A DNA stretch of 64,000 bases from Candidatus Velthaea sp. (GTDB lineage: Bacteria > Vulcanimicrobiota > Vulcanimicrobiia > Vulcanimicrobiales > Vulcanimicrobiaceae), in NCBI GenBank assembly GCA_965214935.1, contig CBDCCS010000011.1, forward strand, positions 192,001-256,000, in the 5' to 3' direction. The notes under the pieces were generated by a model. It had not been told where the DNA came from. It made no database searches and saw only the letters and a list, made by a program, of their open reading frames with translations. Shown here piece by piece: positions 61,695-64,000 of the stretch (position 1 is the stretch's first letter; every line of letters starts with the position of its first letter). The translations under genes were made by a program, and so were the position numbers.

Positions 61695-62754
61695 CGAGCG
61701 AACAACCGCGCAGCTCCGTGCCGCGCTCGCGCCCGAGCAGCACCAGTCCGTCCGCCGTCAAGGCGCCGAGATCTTCCGTCTCGATAGCGACCGCCGACGA
61801 GCGATTCGCGCAATCGATATGCCGAATGGCGCCGACGACGCCGTTCGGCACCGGCGAACCGGCCGGATCGACGACGATCGGCCGCAGCCACGGCGGCCAG
61901 ACTTTATAGCGCGTATCGCCGCTGCGGCTCGCGACCGAGTCGTAGTATTGACTCGACAGCTCGGTCATTCCGTATTCGGCAACGATGTCGCTGACCGCGA
62001 CGCCGAACCGGTCGGCGACCGCGGCATAGAGTTCAACACGTTCCACGACGCGCGTTCGGCCTTTGAAACCGCCGGTCTCCATGAAGCGCGAACCGGCGGG
62101 TAGCCGGAAGCGAAGGCCGCGGGTCATCAGACCGTCGACCGCTGCGACGAGCGCAAACGCCGTTGCCGCGATACAGACCGGCACGTTCGCCGCGACGGCA
62201 GCGGCGAGGTCGCGGCTGAAGCGCTCGGTGTCGAAGGTTTCACCGTCGACGTAGCGGCCGTCGAAGCCGTCCCCGCGGCGCGCCGCGATGCGGTCCATCA
62301 TGAAGCCGAGCGATGAATGCGGACGCAGCCGCGCATCGGGCACGAGCAGGAGATAGCGCAAGCGCGCGCCGTCGGCTAATAACGCGCGGTCGAAACCGGC
62401 TAAAAGGGCGGCTTCATACAGGCCGGCCGTTTCGAGATAGTGGCGGCCGCCGACGCCTGCCGTCGTTCCGCTCGTCTCAAACCAAAGTGCAGCGTGCGCG
62501 CTGCCGGCAGTCGTCAACGCGGCTTCTTTGAAAGCCGCGGCGGGCACGGCCGGAATCTCGGCCGCGCGACGCGGCAGACGATCGGCCGTTATTCCGCACG
62601 CGCGGGCGTATGCGGCGTACGGCTCGTTCCAGCGAAATTGGTGCGCGAAAATGTCGCAGGCAAGCCGATCGAAGGCCGCATCATCGAGCGCATACGATTC
62701 GATTGCCGCCTCAACGCGAGCGTCAAGGGCGGCGGCCTCCGCAGCATAGGACAT
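61666..62754 (-). CDS. LuxE-like acyl-protein synthetase
   Basis: TSGTT, METGGFKGR, EYGMTELSSQ, TEDLG and C-terminal RGCS acyl-carrier Cys. Confidence 0.85.
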   Translation of the reverse strand: MSYAAEAAALDARVEAAIESYALDDAAFDRLACDIFAHQFRWNEPYAAYARACGITADRLPRRAAEIPAVPAAAFKEAALTTAGSAHAALWFETSGTTAGVGGRHYLETAGLYEAALLAGFDRALLADGARLRYLLLVPDARLRPHSSLGFMMDRIAARRGDGFDGRYVDGETFDTERFSRDLAAAVAANVPVCIAATAFALVAAVDGLMTRGLRFRLPAGSRFMETGGFKGRTRVVERVELYAAVADRFGVAVSDIVAEYGMTELSSQYYDSVASRSGDTRYKVWPPWLRPIVVDPAGSPVPNGVVGAIRHIDCANRSSAVAIETEDLGALTADGLVLLGRERGTELRGCSLDAEELAARA

Positions 62755-63233
62755 CAACGCGCGCGACGGCGCGCGGAGATCAGCCCGCTGTTGAGCCCGC
62801 CGACCGCTAACCCGCCGTCGAATCGCGCCGACTCGACTTTGATACAGCGGTCGACAACGACGTCGAGTCCGGCTTCAACGGCGAGCGCAATCGCTTCGGC
62901 ATTGATCACCCCGTATTGAAACCAGACCGCTTTGGCTCCGGCCGCGATCGCTTCGCGGGTTACCGCCGGAGCAAACTCCGGCTTGCGGAAAACATCGACG
63001 ATATCCGGCGCGCCGTACAGCGCGGCGAACGCCGCTACGTTCGGCAGTGCCGTCACGCCGTCGATTGCCGCAAGCGTCGGGTTGATCGGCGTAACGTGCA
63101 GCAAGCCTTTGGTGCGCAGGTAACTGAACACAAAATAACTCGGACGCGTCGGGTTATCCGATGCACCGACCATCGCGACGGTACGCGAGCGGGCGAGGAG
63201 TTCGCGCCGCTCGGCAACGGTCGTCAAAATCAC
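62754..63233 (-). CDS. CoA-binding protein (YccU-like)
   Basis: VGASDNPTRPS, DIVDVFR, WFQYG and DRCIK motifs; GTGA overlap with metY. Confidence 0.9.
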   Translation of the reverse strand: MILTTVAERRELLARSRTVAMVGASDNPTRPSYFVFSYLRTKGLLHVTPINPTLAAIDGVTALPNVAAFAALYGAPDIVDVFRKPEFAPAVTREAIAAGAKAVWFQYGVINAEAIALAVEAGLDVVVDRCIKVESARFDGGLAVGGLNSGLISARRRAR

Positions 63234-64000
63234 AACGCGAGGGCGACCGCGGCAGCCGCCCGGCGGAGGGCTCGGTCGAGGTCCCAGATTAGATCGTCGG
63301 GGTCTTCGAGCCCGACCGAAACCCGGATCATTTCGGGCCGGACGCCCGACGCCGTCATCTCGTCGTCGGTCAATTGTTGATGCGTGGTCGACGCCGGATG
63401 GATCACCAAGCTCTTTGCATCGCCGACATTGGCGAGATGCGACCATAACTCGAGCGATTCGATGAACGTGCTGCCGGCCTCGCGCCCGCCGCGCAAGCCG
63501 AAGGTGAAGATCGAACCGGCACCTTGCGCCAAATACTTGCACGCCAGCGCATGCGACGGATCGCCGGGCAGTGCCGCAAACGAAACCCAAGCAACTTCTT
63601 CGCGCGCCTCGAGAAACTTGGCGATCGTCAGCGCGTTCGCAACGTGCACGGGCATGCGAATCGGTAATGTTTCAAGGCCTTGAATGAACAAGAACGCGCT
63701 CATCGGCGACAGCGCGGCACCGACATCGCGTAGCACTTCGACCCGTGCGCGCATTAAATACGCATATTCGCCGAAGGTCTCGGCGAAATTCATATCGTGA
63801 TAGCCCGGGCTCGGGCTTGACAGCAACGGATGCTTGCCGGCGCCCCAATGAAATGTACCCGACTCGACGATGATGCCGCCGATCGCGGTTCCGTGACCGC
63901 CGATAAATTTCGTCGCCGACGAGACGACGACGTCGGCGCCCCATTCGATAGGGCGGCATAAATACGGCGAGGCGAATGTGTTGTCGACCAGCAGCGGTAA
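63230..64000 (-). CDS. metY: O-acetylhomoserine aminocarboxypropyltransferase / sulfhydrylase (partial, 5' end outside the window)
   Basis: DNTFASP, SATKFIGGHG and HLANVGDAKSLVIHPASTTH motifs. Confidence 0.92.
   Translation of the reverse strand, partial: LPLLVDNTFASPYLCRPIEWGADVVVSSATKFIGGHGTAIGGIIVESGTFHWGAGKHPLLSSPSPGYHDMNFAETFGEYAYLMRARVEVLRDVGAALSPMSAFLFIQGLETLPIRMPVHVANALTIAKFLEAREEVAWVSFAALPGDPSHALACKYLAQGAGSIFTFGLRGGREAGSTFIESLELWSHLANVGDAKSLVIHPASTTHQQLTDDEMTASGVRPEMIRVSVGLEDPDDLIWDLDRALRRAAAAVALAL

Noticed and set aside
60444..62754. Bioluminescence operon
   Set aside because: No luxA, luxB, luxD or luxG in the window

Overview
A GC-rich bacterial chromosome segment, densely coding. 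I recognised no rRNA, tRNA, CRISPR array, integrase or transposase. Gene content suggests a soil bacterium, possibly Eremiobacterota/Vulcanimicrobiota (WPS-2); this is inference only. From left to right: (1) cdsA-dxr-rseP-ispG, followed by a stalk-domain protein and a cupredoxin. (2) HD-GYP, ferritin-like, ComB-family phosphatase and S10 peptidase genes. (3) A ~17.5 kb chemolithoautotrophy island: red-type (probably form IE) RuBisCO cbbLSX divergent from cbbR, then a complete group 2a [NiFe]-hydrogenase operon with accessory genes and hypFCDEAB; glpX lies nearby. (4) Housekeeping genes pduO, proS, an M16 peptidase and amj. (5) An orphan MCP-cheB pair behind a sigma28-like promoter. (6) A GtrA/GT-C glycosylation operon, a split NAD synthetase, tricorn and subtilase proteases, and cinA. 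(7) A metY-led operon with LuxE-like and LuxC-like genes, a class III aminotransferase and a Gfo/Idh/MocA oxidoreductase but no luciferase. The strongest candidates for novelty are this luciferase-less LuxEC-aminotransferase module, the physical linkage of RuBisCO with a group 2a hydrogenase, and a recurring pattern of in-frame ATT codons overlapping upstream stop codons where a canonical start is missing or would truncate the protein.
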